A stretch of 63,450 nucleotides of DNA, filler included, from Polymyxa betae A26-41 (Eukaryota; Protista; Endomyxa: Phytomyxea), in the NCBI GenBank assembly GCA_003693705.1. It is 7 parts of 7 records of this genome, joined end to end, with 100 filler letters (N's around TTAATTAATTAA, not from the genome) between each part and the next. Parts side by side here need not be neighbours in the genome. Positions count along the whole stretch, not along the records: positions 25,835 to 29,472 come from RBZT01000589.1; positions 29,573 to 51,669 come from RBZT01000276.1; 5 more parts are not named here. One strand, 5' to 3'. The notes beneath the pieces are model-generated. The model had not been told where the DNA came from, ran no database searches, and worked only from the letters and a program-made list of their open reading frames with translations. The position numbers and the translations under genes are program-made. Positions within the stretch are counted from its first letter, which is position 1; the number at the start of each line of letters is the position of its first letter. Positions 25,835 through 37,430 of this stretch are shown piece after piece.

Positions 25835-27647
25835 ACAGATGCGTTTTCTAGGGAAATATTGTGCGCAAAAACATGCGTAGCGCTCCTGCGTTTTTTAGGG
25901 ATCATTTCGCAGTTGCAGCGCAGTAAAAGGCAGACCTACGGAGTTCCGGTGTGGAACGATATCATCATCCTGCAGCAAGATTGGCGGTTCAAATCCTGGA
26001 TAACGTCCCAGTAATGACAAAGGTTTGGGCTCTGCTGCGTATTTCTCCCTGATTGTTACATTTGACTGTACCTGTATGATTCTCCATAATGCAAACAGCG
26101 TTTTAGAGTTTTCGTGAGAGCTGATACAGAAAACTGCAGGATATCCTCTGTTATTTTGAGGATTCACCACAGATATTGTGATTAGTTTGCATTTGTACTG
26201 ATTCGTGTTGTGTGTTGAATAAATTACCAGCACTCGTTGTCCGAATCTGGTAGGTTTATTTTTATTTAACAGGTTAAATGAAATGAATTTTAAACAAAAC
26301 TTTAAAATTTTTGAACGGATTTAAGCAGTTAAACCTGATTACCTCAACATTATGTCACTCATGAACTTAGTCTGCAGAACCAGAAAGAACTCGTTATCGT
26401 GAACCCCGAAATCTGTCGCGTCGCTGATTCCAGCAGCTGATTGTCGTATTAGAAACAGTGGACAATAAGTATTGGCATAATGCCAAACCAAACTTACGCT
26501 TATAGCACAGAACTGGATCATATTGCTCCGACTGCAATGCCATAATAAGAACATCTGTTCGAATAGCATCGTTCCCTCGGCCTTGAAGGCGATCTTTTAG
26601 ATATTTAACGTCCTTTATAGTAACCCATTCGTTACGGTTCGCATCCTGCGATTCTGATTACAATGATTGCTGAAAATGATGAGCGCTTATTTACCAATAA
26701 ATGATCTTCGCGACAATTCCGGTCTCTCAGAGTGTGATTAATGGAGCGAACTATAGATTGCTCATCAACCTGATTCAACAACTGCAGCGTTATCTTCCGT
26801 CTAATAAAACCGGAAAGTCGCAGGTGCTTCAACTCTTCAGCGCTTTCAGGATCATGTCCTGTATGGAGTGGAATGTATCGAATTACGACCTGACTATCAG
26901 CCAGTGTAGTAGCATAGATTCGGGAAGCGCAAGCTTCAGTCAGCTTGCAAGACGACTTGCTTCTTTATGGTCGACAGTTTACATTGGCAAGGTCACCCAA
27001 AACATATTGTTCCGGTTCTTTCACGCCATCGCCTGATCGACGACAGACAAACATCTGGTAAAGTTTGCCGCTGGCCTGGCAAGAACGATAGTTGAGTATA
27101 GATATTGTGCACGAAATCGATCAGCAAGAGAGTCCTTCCATTCATTAAAAGTGCTGATGTCTGAAAACGGATGAGTTTGTTCTTCAAAAGGAGAAAGACG
27201 TGCTATTCAGACCTGTAGGATGTGTATTTCAAACAGCTGGAAACTGCCACTCTTCTCCTCACAATAAGGGCAGGAAAACGCTGGCCCATCATTTTCAACA
27301 ATGGAGCGAGGCTGGCACCGAAACATGTGCCTGGCTAACGACTCTTCGTTCTTCAATGCTTTACCGCAGCTGGCCTTCTGCTGGTTCTCAGCATGGACCG
27401 TTGAAAGATGCCGTTTGAGATTGTGAGGCTTGGCAAAGGTCTTAGCGCAAGACTCGATCGGACAGGTCACCATGGTGAGCAAGCGCAGACTGAGCGATCG
27501 AAACGGATACTATAACTAGTAAGCTAGCGAATTTCAGTTAAAAGGACCCCCAAAGTATCGTGCGCCAACTTTCTATGAGCCCACTTTCTAATTCGGAAAC
27601 CCGTTACAGTTTTTGCGCTCGGCGATTCGGAGGATTAAGCTAGACGC
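25835..27647 (-). mobile_element. Mutator/MULE-like transposon (copy 2), degraded: C2H2 fingers, WRKY/GCM1-like domain and MULE DDE domain
   Basis: MVTCPIESCAKTFAKPHNLKRHLSTVH; CPYC..H; HLRLSGFIRRKITLQLLN. (D>Y)STHNTNQYKCKLITISVV...GYPAVFCIS is the MULE first-aspartate motif. Shares a 5' terminal motif with copy 1. Confidence 0.8.
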
Positions 27648-28309
27648 GGTCCTCTTGTATGACAGAGGTTTGAGCTGTACTAAACCCTAACATTTACAAC
27701 CTCAGGCGCATGATAAATTCTATTCCATATTCCAGTACCTTCACAGATCTCGGCAATATCTGTACTATATTGGCTGTCATTATGGTCAACAATAGACCGT
27801 ATCACAACCGCTGGAAGAGCCTTTGAGAACGACTCTAACAAGCATAGTCAGAAAAGTATTTAAGTAAAACAAAACGGGGAATATACCATGGCGCGGGTTG
27901 GACTGGTCGATAGCCAGTGATAGATTTCTTGAACGAAACGTACGATATGTTTCAGATTTATTTAAAAAACAATATAAAATCTTATATCCCTTTTCAAGTG
28001 CGTACGCAGATTGAAGATCAGCGCACGCAGAGAAGCCTTGATGACTCACGCATAAATCTGATGCGTAACAAAGATGCGAAACAAGACTAAAGTATGAAGA
28101 CGTTCCGAAATATTAATGGGTTCGACCCCCGCGGAGTCCGCACGGTGTCCGTACGGACTGAGCGGAATGAAGCTGGGATTCGAGCTGCAAATAAAACACG
28201 ATTCATTTACCACTGACTGAAGTGCTGCCGATTTTAGTAGCAACTTTATCGCGATCTGACGAAACCGCTCTAAAGAATTCGTTAAGGGCTACACGGCGAC
28301 GAAAACTGA

Positions 28310-29472
28310 TGAATCGTCGTTGTGTTTTTCAAGAGGAAACGGACTCCGATTATGAGGAATCGGGTGGACGTATAACAGAGGCTGATGAGAATGTTGAGGG
28401 TAGCCCTGCTCGCGGACGACCAATGAGGAACTGGTTCAGAAGCAGCCGGCTGGCAATCGGTTGGCCTCCGGTAATGTTACTCTGTTAGAGACCAACAAAG
28501 CCCCCGAGTTGAAGACCGCCGACCCGAAAGACAATTTGCGCTTTCAGCAGAAGCGCCAGAAGTACGAGCGAATTCATTATGAATCTGGAGCTGATGGGTC
28601 CCAGATTCGCTCGCTAATATCCATGTTCGAGCCCAATTTCCTATTCGCTGTATGCCGTTATGATCGTCATAAGGCAATTGAGGATATACAGGAACAGGAC
28701 CTGGAGGAATGGATCGCAAGAGTCCTACGAGACGATCGGTCGCGGGACATATTGCTGGAGAGGAAGATGTCGCAGCTCAAAATGAAGATGTCAATTGAGT
28801 CTGCTGGCGCCCGGGTTCTTGCACTAACTTCCGATTTTCATCGGATTTGTAAGGACTACGGATGGGAGCGTCTTTTTGAGAGCTCTGAGGGTAAAAAGCG
28901 TCATGTTTTTTTACTGAATGTTATTGAGCCTGAAGGACTCAAGAGATGATCTCTGACCGTCTTAGTCGGGAGTCCCATCTGGCGAAGGATCCGGTCTCGT
29001 TTATTGAGGCTTTGAGGGAAGCTGCTGTCAATTATCAGGAGACGTCGCTCTACCAACCGTCGAATATAAAGGCGTCGACAACAGGTAATAAGCGCCAGAA
29101 AACAGCTGACAATACGACTTTCAAGGTGCGGGTTCACCAGAAGACAACCCGTAATTTGGACAAGGCGAAAGGCAATCGCCAAGGTAATAACTGGAAGAAG
29201 GCCGATAACGCCGACTTAGACTGTTACCACTGCAAAAAGACCGGACATCCGGTCTACAAATGTCCGGACAACCTAACTAAACAGCAGGTTTACGAATATT
29301 TGAAAAAGAATGCTAATAAAGCCAAGAAGTCTTCCAACTATACTTGGGTCTGACACATTGTAGCTAGCGAGGATAGAGAAGTGTTAGTGAGAATTAATGA
29401 TAGTCTTGATTTTCCTGCAATCTTGGATAGTGGCGCTAGAGGGGTGTCGCTTATACCACGCACTGTCGCAGA
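28310..29472 (+). mobile_element. Ty3/Gypsy gag plus start of aspartic protease, frameshifted, truncated by contig end
   Basis: Gag-like ORFs 28461-28949 and 28946-29353; zinc knuckle CYHCKKTGHPVYKC; in-frame PAILDSGA protease motif after the TGA at 29351. Confidence 0.8.
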
Positions 29473-29572
29473 NNNNNNNNNNNNNNNNNNNNNNNNNNNN
29501 NNNNNNNNNNNNNNNNTTAATTAATTAANNNNNNNNNNNNNNNNNNNNNNNNNNNNNNNNNNNNNNNNNNNN
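29473..29572. other. Artificial contig linker
   Basis: N-run, TTAATTAATTAA, N-run. Confidence 0.95.
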
Positions 29573-29791
29573 GGACTCCGTAGATACTTCCATAGGATCA
29601 GTCCGAAGGATCAATCCGCATCGTGGATTGACCCAGATTCGAAATTGTCTCAGATTTGAGACAGCTATACTACACAGTCCATACTGGTAGTAATTACTGG
29701 TCTTATCGTTTATGTAATCAGATAGTACGCACCATACTGCGTACGGAGGTTTATCAAACCTCAAATCTGATCCAGTAAGTTAATATGAACA
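29573..29791 (-). repeat. Probable 3' LTR (partial) of the Copia element
   Basis: Begins TGTT on the minus strand at 29791, ~35 nt after the RNase H stop and a weak purine tract (AGTGGG); hairpin-rich. Confidence 0.5.
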
Positions 29792-29824
29792 AATACCCAC
29801 TAAAACCAATTAGCTGCGAGCTTT

Positions 29825-32071
29825 TCAGTTGGAGGATATATGGACTTCCTTTACATTTAGTAAAGTCCGTAACTCCTGGAAATACGGCACTGGGAGGGCT
29901 TTGGTAAATAAGTCAGCGATATTTCTCGCTGATTTGACTCTCTTTAGTGTGAGAGCACCGTTAGCGATTTCCTCTTTGAGTAAGTGATATTTTAGGTCGT
30001 TATGCTTCATTGAAGACTGATTTAGGCTGCGATGGCCATAGGATATGCAACCCTGATTGTCTTCAAAGATGACCAGTGGTGACTGCATTGGAAAACCTAT
30101 TTCGTAAAGTAGGTTTCGGAGCCATTTTCCGTGTTTTGCGGATTCGCAGGCAGCATACCATTCTGCTTCTGTAGAAGATAATGGTGTATTAGTAAGCTTT
30201 TTACAATTATAGTCTACTGTGCCCCCATGTAACATAAAGACATAGCCGCCAACCGATTTTCTCCTATCGGTGTCATTTGCAAAATCATAATCTGAGAACA
30301 TTGCTGACGTTGGACAGTTCGTGAGAGATTCATTGAAGTAGGCCTTTAGCAATTCGGAATTGCCGTCAAACTGCAGACCATATTCTTTTTCGTCCCTTTT
30401 CAGCACGCAAAGATTCTTTTTATTGCGTACCAGTGTTGAATTCCTGGAATTCAGGCTAATTGAATCTGAGCTCTTCGAAGGCGCTGTTTTTATGGAGATA
30501 GTACCTCTTCCCTCTACTGATTTATTTGAATTATCAGCCATTTGTACTCGGCGATTGCTGTCTTTGTAGGGAGTGAAACTGGAAAAAGCGTTTCGATCTC
30601 CTGAAGAATGACTAGTGCATCCCCTATTAACCAAAATTCTACATTTTGAAATGTGCTTTGGATAAGCATCAAATTCGTTCAGTTCATTTTCAATTTCCTG
30701 ATCGATGATGGAGCCGATTTTGCCTTTTTTGGAAGGCTTCGGGTCGGTGCGGTCGTTGCGATCCGTCGTAGAGTCATCCGCTTTTCGTTTTCTGTAATCT
30801 TCGCGAACGTGGTTTCTCTTTTTGCAGTAAGTGCAAGAGAGATTGTCGGAAGGTTTGGTATGAGAATTGGATGATGGAACTGAATTTGTTGGCGCACGTC
30901 GAAGGAGGCTGCGCTCAAGTTTGAGATCGTGTATGATCTCAGTCCACGACATTCTCCGTCGAAAAACCTCCTGCTTTGACGAGTCAGCGGGCAATTTCCG
31001 CGCAATGCGCAGTCCAAGTCGGCGGTCTTCAACCCGTTCGTGATCGCCAATATCTATCAGCTCAGATCGAATGCGATCCACGGAAGTGATAAAATTGTCA
31101 ACAAGAGCGAGGTTGGAAGGGAACCTTAGACTTTCCAGCTCGTCATTGAGTTGCATGATCGAGGCCTCGCGGAGACCAGACTGGGCTGCGACGTATTCCG
31201 CCTCGAGGGACTGCATCAAGGATGTTGCGGTGGCGTGGTGCAGTGCTGCCGGTAGGAGTGAGCCGTCCAGCTGGTTGCGAACGTACCCGAGGGCTGCGCG
31301 ATCGGCAACGCGGAAAGTGGAATCGCGGCCCTGAGGGCAACGACAATGGCCGCTCGAGTCGGACTCTGGGCAGCGCTTATGCCCGAAAATGAGGGCGCTT
31401 AGATTGGTGCAAGCCAGGTTGCTCGTCAACCTGTCATTCCAGATCATAAAATTGCTCACGCCTCGTAGAAGCTGGTTCTGTTGAAGCGGAGGCGGGTACC
31501 GGATTTGGTGCCAGGAGGTGGTTGGCGTGGACGTGGTGGGCTGCGCCGTGACCGGGACCGCGGAAGCCGTGGGCTGAGCGGGGATCACCGAATTCACGGC
31601 GATGATGGCAGGAGGCTGCGCTTCCGAAGAAATGCGCTCCGTGGAGGAGGTTGCGCCCGTCTCAGACGTGGGCATGGGGGTCGTGGCTGGCGGGAGTGAA
31701 AGAGCGGACGTGGGGGTTTGAGTAGCTGCCCGAACCGTAGGGGCATTATCCGTCGGAGCTGTTATGGCGTCCGAAGCGACTCTAGACACTGGAGCAGGTG
31801 GGGGTATCGAAACAGTCGTGGCCCTCTCAGCTTCTGGAGCCGGCGGAGCGGGTGGGGCCCCTTCCGCTTGTCGTTGGGTAGGAGTCGACAGGGAGGGCTG
31901 CGCATTAAGTTGCGCCAGCTGTGCGAGAGAGTGGTTGATGCCATTTAACGATGGCATCAGCATTGGAAGCCACGAAGGTCGATCCGAGGACATGTCGTTG
32001 GCGGAGGACGACGAGGATGCGGTTCCTTGGGGGTGGGTGGTGTGGTTGGCATGGCGGGAGTTCAGAAGCAC
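29825..32071 (-). mobile_element. Ty1/Copia internally deleted element: single 748-aa ORF Gag-knuckle-protease-RNase H, lacking integrase and RT
   Basis: LRGVSNFMIW (Copia gag N-term); CTYCKKRNHVREDY; ILVNRGCTSH...VQMADN...VEGRG; then FSDYDFANDTDRRKSVGGYVF...LSSTEAEW...IFEDNQGCI...KH.DLKYH...NIADLFTKAL. Confidence 0.9.
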
Positions 32072-32213
32072 CGCAGAGGCAGGACGTAGCCAGTGCCTCC
32101 TGGAGTTGAACGAAAAGTCGGAGTCCCGTCAATCGGTTTCTTACTCGGTACTGCTGGGGCTGCTGGGTTGGGAGAGGCAGCAGCTTGGTTTGTAGAGGTT
32201 TTCGCGTTGAGGT

Positions 32214-32224
32214 GGCCCATAACC
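32214..32224 (-). promoter_or_regulatory. Copia primer-binding site (half-tRNA-iMet type)
   Basis: Minus strand ...TTCCA-AGA-GGTTATGGGCC directly after the LTR-terminal CA. Confidence 0.75.
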
Positions 32225-32314
32225 TCTTGGAAGTAGTGCTGGTAGTTAAAGTTCTAATAAAAGAGAAGTATCACAATGTATGAGAAATCATGTGTGTCCG
32301 TTTATTTCCATGTA

Positions 32315-34963
32315 CTATACGGGACATCTTAACTCTCCAGTACTGCCGAATCATTTCCTAAAAAAGTCCATACGCAGTTTCTTAATTTCGTCCTTTTTAT
32401 TTTGCGAAAATCATTGATTCGAGAATTGAGACTCACTCAATTTCGTTCCATAAAGTATCCGGAACACAGCGGTGACGTTTGTATTTTCTTACCGCATACT
32501 CTACCTGTTTTACAGATAAATGCTGGCCATTTTTTAGCCGATAGGCGTCCACCTAACGCCATAACTTGCGAGCAAACTTCCGGATTGTTGCGGTGGATAC
32601 CTAAATGAATCATATCGTTAAGATGAAAGTGCTCAATCAAACTTCCGACAAATTCTAAAGCCTGAGGAACAGTTGTCAAGTCAATAGGGCATTCCAGGTA
32701 TAGTCGCAATGTTCCCTTGTGAACCTCTTACATGCACCCCAGATCAATCTCGATGAAGTTGAACTCGCAGTGGAATTTTGGGAAGAAATCGATCAGAAAC
32801 TCCTCTTTGGAAATTGTTTCTTCTAGCCATCCCTGTTGGGCTTGAAAGTCCGGCTGTGCAGCCAGAATCGCTTCAGCCTTCGCTTTGTTTGGTTCCGGAT
32901 ATGTACAAAGCCCCCGTTCTTGAAGAATAGTCCGGATTCCTTTCTGGATTCCGTTGTGATTCTGCATTTTCTGGATGATTTTCTGTCCGGTCTCGCATTG
33001 GCTCTACGTTGGCACCGCCGTCAGAAAGATTCAGTTTTTTCGCTTGGAGAGCATCAGGCGCTTTCGCACGATGGCTCATTGAGTTATCGAACAGAAAGAG
33101 CGCGTCAGATCCGTGATGAAGAATCCGGAATATCGGTATCACTTTCTCCTTGATTTGCTTCACAAGATCTTCGTTATCCCAATAACCACCACCGCTTTTG
33201 TCGGGCTTGATTATCACTGTTGCGTCTGAAGGAACATCGGGAAAAAGGGTTTTCTGCTCATCAGTCAACCTTAAGCGGCCGTGGATTTCGCAAAGGAATT
33301 CTGAAACCATCAGACTTCGTCCCGCACCTTTTCCCTTCAGAATATTCTCATCTTTCAGCATCCAAACTGTCTTCTTGCCCACATAAGATGCAAAACAAGA
33401 TTCGTCCTGAACAAACATAACGAGCAGCCGCTCACCATTCTCGAGCTCAGGTCGTAAAGCGACCTCATAATCATCACCAAGATATTTCACCATTCGGCGC
33501 TCATTGACCGTCATCCGCTTTGAAATTCATCACGATACTTTACGACATCTTCACGTTCATGGCCATCTATATAACTTCCTTTCTTCAGTTCGCGAAATTC
33601 CAGTCCAATCCGTTTCAACCATCGAGTGGCATGCCGCACGCTTAGCTGAATGGGATCATGATATCCTAAGATTTTGTGCAGCCCAGCTGTAACCCAACCC
33701 GAAAACGACCGGCCGCAGATCATGTTGTGGTCAGTAGATCTTATCCACGAGAAGCAAGCAGACTGCACATCCTCGCAATCAATCAGTGATGATATTTTCT
33801 GATGCCGTCCTTGCATGGATTCAGGAAGTTCCTGATGATCGAGATAATAAGATGTCCACCTCCTTATACAGTTCGATTTCCAATCCATGCTGAAACCGTG
33901 AAAGAGACGGGACGCGACTATCGCAGATGATTCCATTTTCGAATTCCGGTCCTGCGACATCAGCTCCAAGTACGGCGAACGGCTGTCAAGCGGATAAAGT
34001 CGAATTTTGGCGTCTTGTCCAACTTCTTCATCGCCTGTTTGTTATTCGATAAAACAGCACACTTTGCCAGAACATCAAGTGCACCACTGACCTTCTGATT
34101 GAAACTTGGCAATCTAAGCTCGGAAACTTCCTGATCAGGCGTGACAGTATTAGTCAGCTGTCCTGTGGTTCTATCGACGATATTTGTAACTTCCCCTTCA
34201 TTGGAAGCTCGAAAGAAGTTTCGGATGTCAATACTTCCTTTTGCAAAGTCAACCATTGCCTTCTTTGCGTTCTTTCTTCTATAAATTGTACGTTCATTGT
34301 TTCCTGTATAAAAAGGGGCTCGTCTGATACGAGCTCCTTCTGTCCACCTCAAGGAGTAAGCAAGCGACTCCTCTAAATCGACGCGGTTGAAGGAATCATC
34401 CAGGTAGATGAAGTCTTCATCGGAGTCCGGGCTATCTCGTTAGGATGTGGAAGCGACAGAGCACAGCTCATCGACATCAGTGCACACAATGGAACGTTTT
34501 GAACGTGCCTGCTTTAGCTTACGTTGGCGGCTGCCCAGGCGGCCTATCGATGCAGCAACGCGCAAGCCAACCCCAGCTGCCTGCCAGGAAATGTTTCCAG
34601 AGTGATGTCCCCGGACTCCGACGACGGCAAATATTCTTCAAAGATTGAAGAACACAAAAAATAAAACAGCGAAGCCCTTTTTATTTAACTGCGCAACTGT
34701 GCGCAACAAATTTTGCGAACGCAAAATTCGCAGATACTGTTTTTCCCCATACAACTGACAAAATATGGGAATCCCTCTCATGTTTATCCCTCAATTTCTC
34801 CGTAAGAAATAATGAAGTTTGAAAACTCGCTTTGTCGCGTTGACCACAATGTCGAGATCTGTCGATTGACAGTGTCCTTTTTCAAAAGGACCGACCCGCC
34901 AGCGAGAATTAAGAGGGTTGCGTTCTGTATGGGACTATTGGAGAGTTAAGATGTCCCGTACAG
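32315..34963 (-). mobile_element. Complete IS630/Tc1-mariner-like DNA transposon with a pseudogenised transposase
   Basis: ~25-bp TIRs CT(A/G)TACGGGACATCTTAACTCTCCA at both ends, flanked by TA. Transposase fragments [44 protein letters not shown]. Confidence 0.88.
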
Positions 34964-34965
34964 TA

Positions 34966-35200
34966 TTCACAACGGAAGGTCCGATCGGGACCGGAAAGGG
35001 CAGTCTTGACCGCCTGAGTCACCTTCCGATCAAACCCTAAAACCCTAATTGTCATTACAACAGGCGCAACTGAAAATCGTTTGGCCAGACCTACTGGAAT
35101 TATTACTGAGTGTGATACGTTGAGTGACTTATACACTTGGATTTCTGGTAGTCTTATGCATATAGTATGGAATACTATGTAAGATATGTGAATATCCACA
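34966..35200 (-). repeat. Possible distal half of the interrupted Copia 5' LTR
   Basis: Continues beyond the TA-flanked transposon and begins TGTGG on the minus strand. Only patchy similarity to 29573-29791 (TACTGG..T.ATTACTG). Confidence 0.3.
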
Positions 35201-35579
35201 GTCATTAGTCAGAAAGACTCTTCGGAAAGGAATCGATGATATTTATATCAGGGCGAGGAACGCATTTTTATTTTGGGGTGTACCTTTTTCCATAACTTGC
35301 CACTTATGGTTTTTTACGGGTGCTCAAAGTATAGATTACTATGCCAATCAAGTCTAGCAGCAAAATTTTCTGTGAAAATTTTGGTAGGAGGTAGTGTGGT
35401 GGACATGGACGGGCTGGCGTGTGGTGACAAGCTTATCGGAGGATCGGTCGAATTGAATGAATGTAGACGGTGATCAAGGACTTGTGGCATATGGAGGAGA
35501 AATATAATACGGAGATAATAGAGAGATCTGATCCAGATTACAAAGAGCGATAATTAGGTTTATGAGTATACGACTACCT

Positions 35580-35728
35580 TGGATTTGGCAGCTCGAGATT
35601 TTTATTAGGGTTTGTGGCTCTGAAACGGGCGAGCTCAATGTAAGCGACTAATATGGATTTGGTGGAGGGATCACTCACAGCTGGAGATATTTTTTAGGGT
35701 TTGTGACTCTGAGACGGGCAAACTCAAC
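35580..35728. repeat. Two diverged ~90-bp-period repeats with a TTAGGGTTT core
   Basis: TTAGGGTTTGTG.CTCTGA.ACGGGC.A.CTCAA at ~35605 and ~35694, each preceded by GGATTTGG...GAGAT.TTT. Confidence 0.6.
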
Positions 35729-36020
35729 GAAAATTTTCTGCTGAGCAACAGGTGGCGCTTACTCAACAGCCGTTGAGTTTGAGTTTATGACTGCATGCAT
35801 TGAGTTTGAGCAGCGGCTTTATGACCGGCAGGAAACTACTCATGGCTCACCGAATTTAACGATTTTCGCAACATGGTACATACATAGAAATAATACATAA
35901 AAGAAATCCACAAATATAAGCCTACTTTTCAAGTCTAGTTTCAGTCACCGAATCACAAAGTGGGTGTGACTGCGTTCTTCCGTATATTACTGGAAAGCGG
36001 ATGTCAGTAAACGCTGTTCT

Positions 36021-36864
36021 TAGGGCTCCGATCGGGTTCGGGTAGTATCCGAAAAACCCGGGTCGGGTCGGGTTCGGGTCGGGTTCGGGTAGCGGGTCGA
36101 TACCCGACCCGACTACCCGACTGTATCCGACGGTTAATAAGTTGAGTTGTAAAAACCGCGCACGGATTTACGTTCAGCTCCCATTTGTGTATTTCGTCAA
36201 GTTGCATCATTGCAGTCACGAATATGGCAACCCGCAAGAGCAAAGCACCCATATCTTCACCGACGCTTTCGCAACTATTCAAAAAAGGAACTTCAATAAA
36301 TGATTACTCTGACCTTATCGAACCTGTTTCACTTCTGATAATCTCTAATTGGGAGAAAAAGTGACCGATTGGGAGAAATTGGTACTGCTGAACAGGTCCC
36401 CACCGCTACCACAGGGGCAGCTGGTGAAGATTCTTGATTTTTCACGTACCTCAATGTTCTCTCAATGCGTTTGTGAAGGCCAATAATGGACGCGGCCGAC
36501 AATTATTTGAACTTGCGCTGCGAGGATCCTTCTGTTGATCCTTTATATTACAGTACTTACATCGCATGCGATGCAGTTTCACATCTTTTGTCGAAAGAGA
36601 CATACTGTCCATTCCTGGATCGTCCGTGTCAGATTCAAGAAGTTTTCAATTGCGGACAATGTTTTTAGATTGCGTCGACATTCCCTTCAGCCTGAGACAC
36701 TAAGTGCATTGACGTTAGGTAATAACACACCCAATCAAGATGTTTATACAGCGTTTCTGTGAATTTTTTCTCTCGCCTTACAAATGTCGGGTAGCTACCC
36801 GACCCGACCCGGAAAAGTCGGGTCGGGTTCGGGTCGGGTCGGTACCGACCCGATCGGAGCCCTA
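36021..36864 (+). mobile_element. hAT deletion derivative (MITE-like) with a dimerisation-domain remnant
   Basis: TIR TAGGGCTCCGATCGGGT / ACCCGATCGGAGCCCTA; many subterminal ACCCG/CGGGT repeats; FSIADNVFRLRRHSLQPETLSAL resembles the hAT C-terminal dimerisation motif; no TSD seen. Confidence 0.8.
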
Positions 36865-37430
36865 CCAATAAAAGACATCAGAAGGCATCGCTCCAGATGC
36901 AAGAGCGATCTGGATTCTGATCAGCAAGCCGGCATAGTGTCTTGTCCCTTTTGCGAGGAGCGTGCCGCATCGTTTCATCTTTTCGAATTCCACATGACTG
37001 AGGTTCCTGATTTCGATGTGTGATCTCTAGCAATTACAATTTATTAAACACAAATAAACTTAGTGTCATTCTGAAGCACGGTGGCTTGAAGAAATTTCTT
37101 TTACGGGTGTAGCAGAATTTGATTGCTGGAAGGATGAGCTCGATAAGGGAAACTCCCAGTATACGATGATGAATACTAAAGTCGATTCCGACAAGGGAAT
37201 CACATACAGAACTTACATTTGTCGGAGGTCTTGCGAGACTGTTAATACGAGTTCATCGAGTACATTGTGGGAGAATCCGACAACGAGAACAGTCGACCGT
37301 CTCGAAGCAAAACTTCGTGTAAAATGGATCAGGTGGCATGTGCTTCCCGCTTCTTCGCCATCTTTATGCAAGACGGTGCGATTTCGGTTCGTTATTATTC
37401 TCTACATACCGGACATGACCCATCATTACA
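36865..37430 (+). pseudogene. MULE C2H2/WRKY-like transposase fragment (copy 3)
   Basis: RRHRSRC...SCPFCEE...FH; TYRTYICRRSCE; NSRPSRSKTSCKMDQVACASRFFA...YYSLHTGHDP, collinear with copies 1 and 2. Confidence 0.75.
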
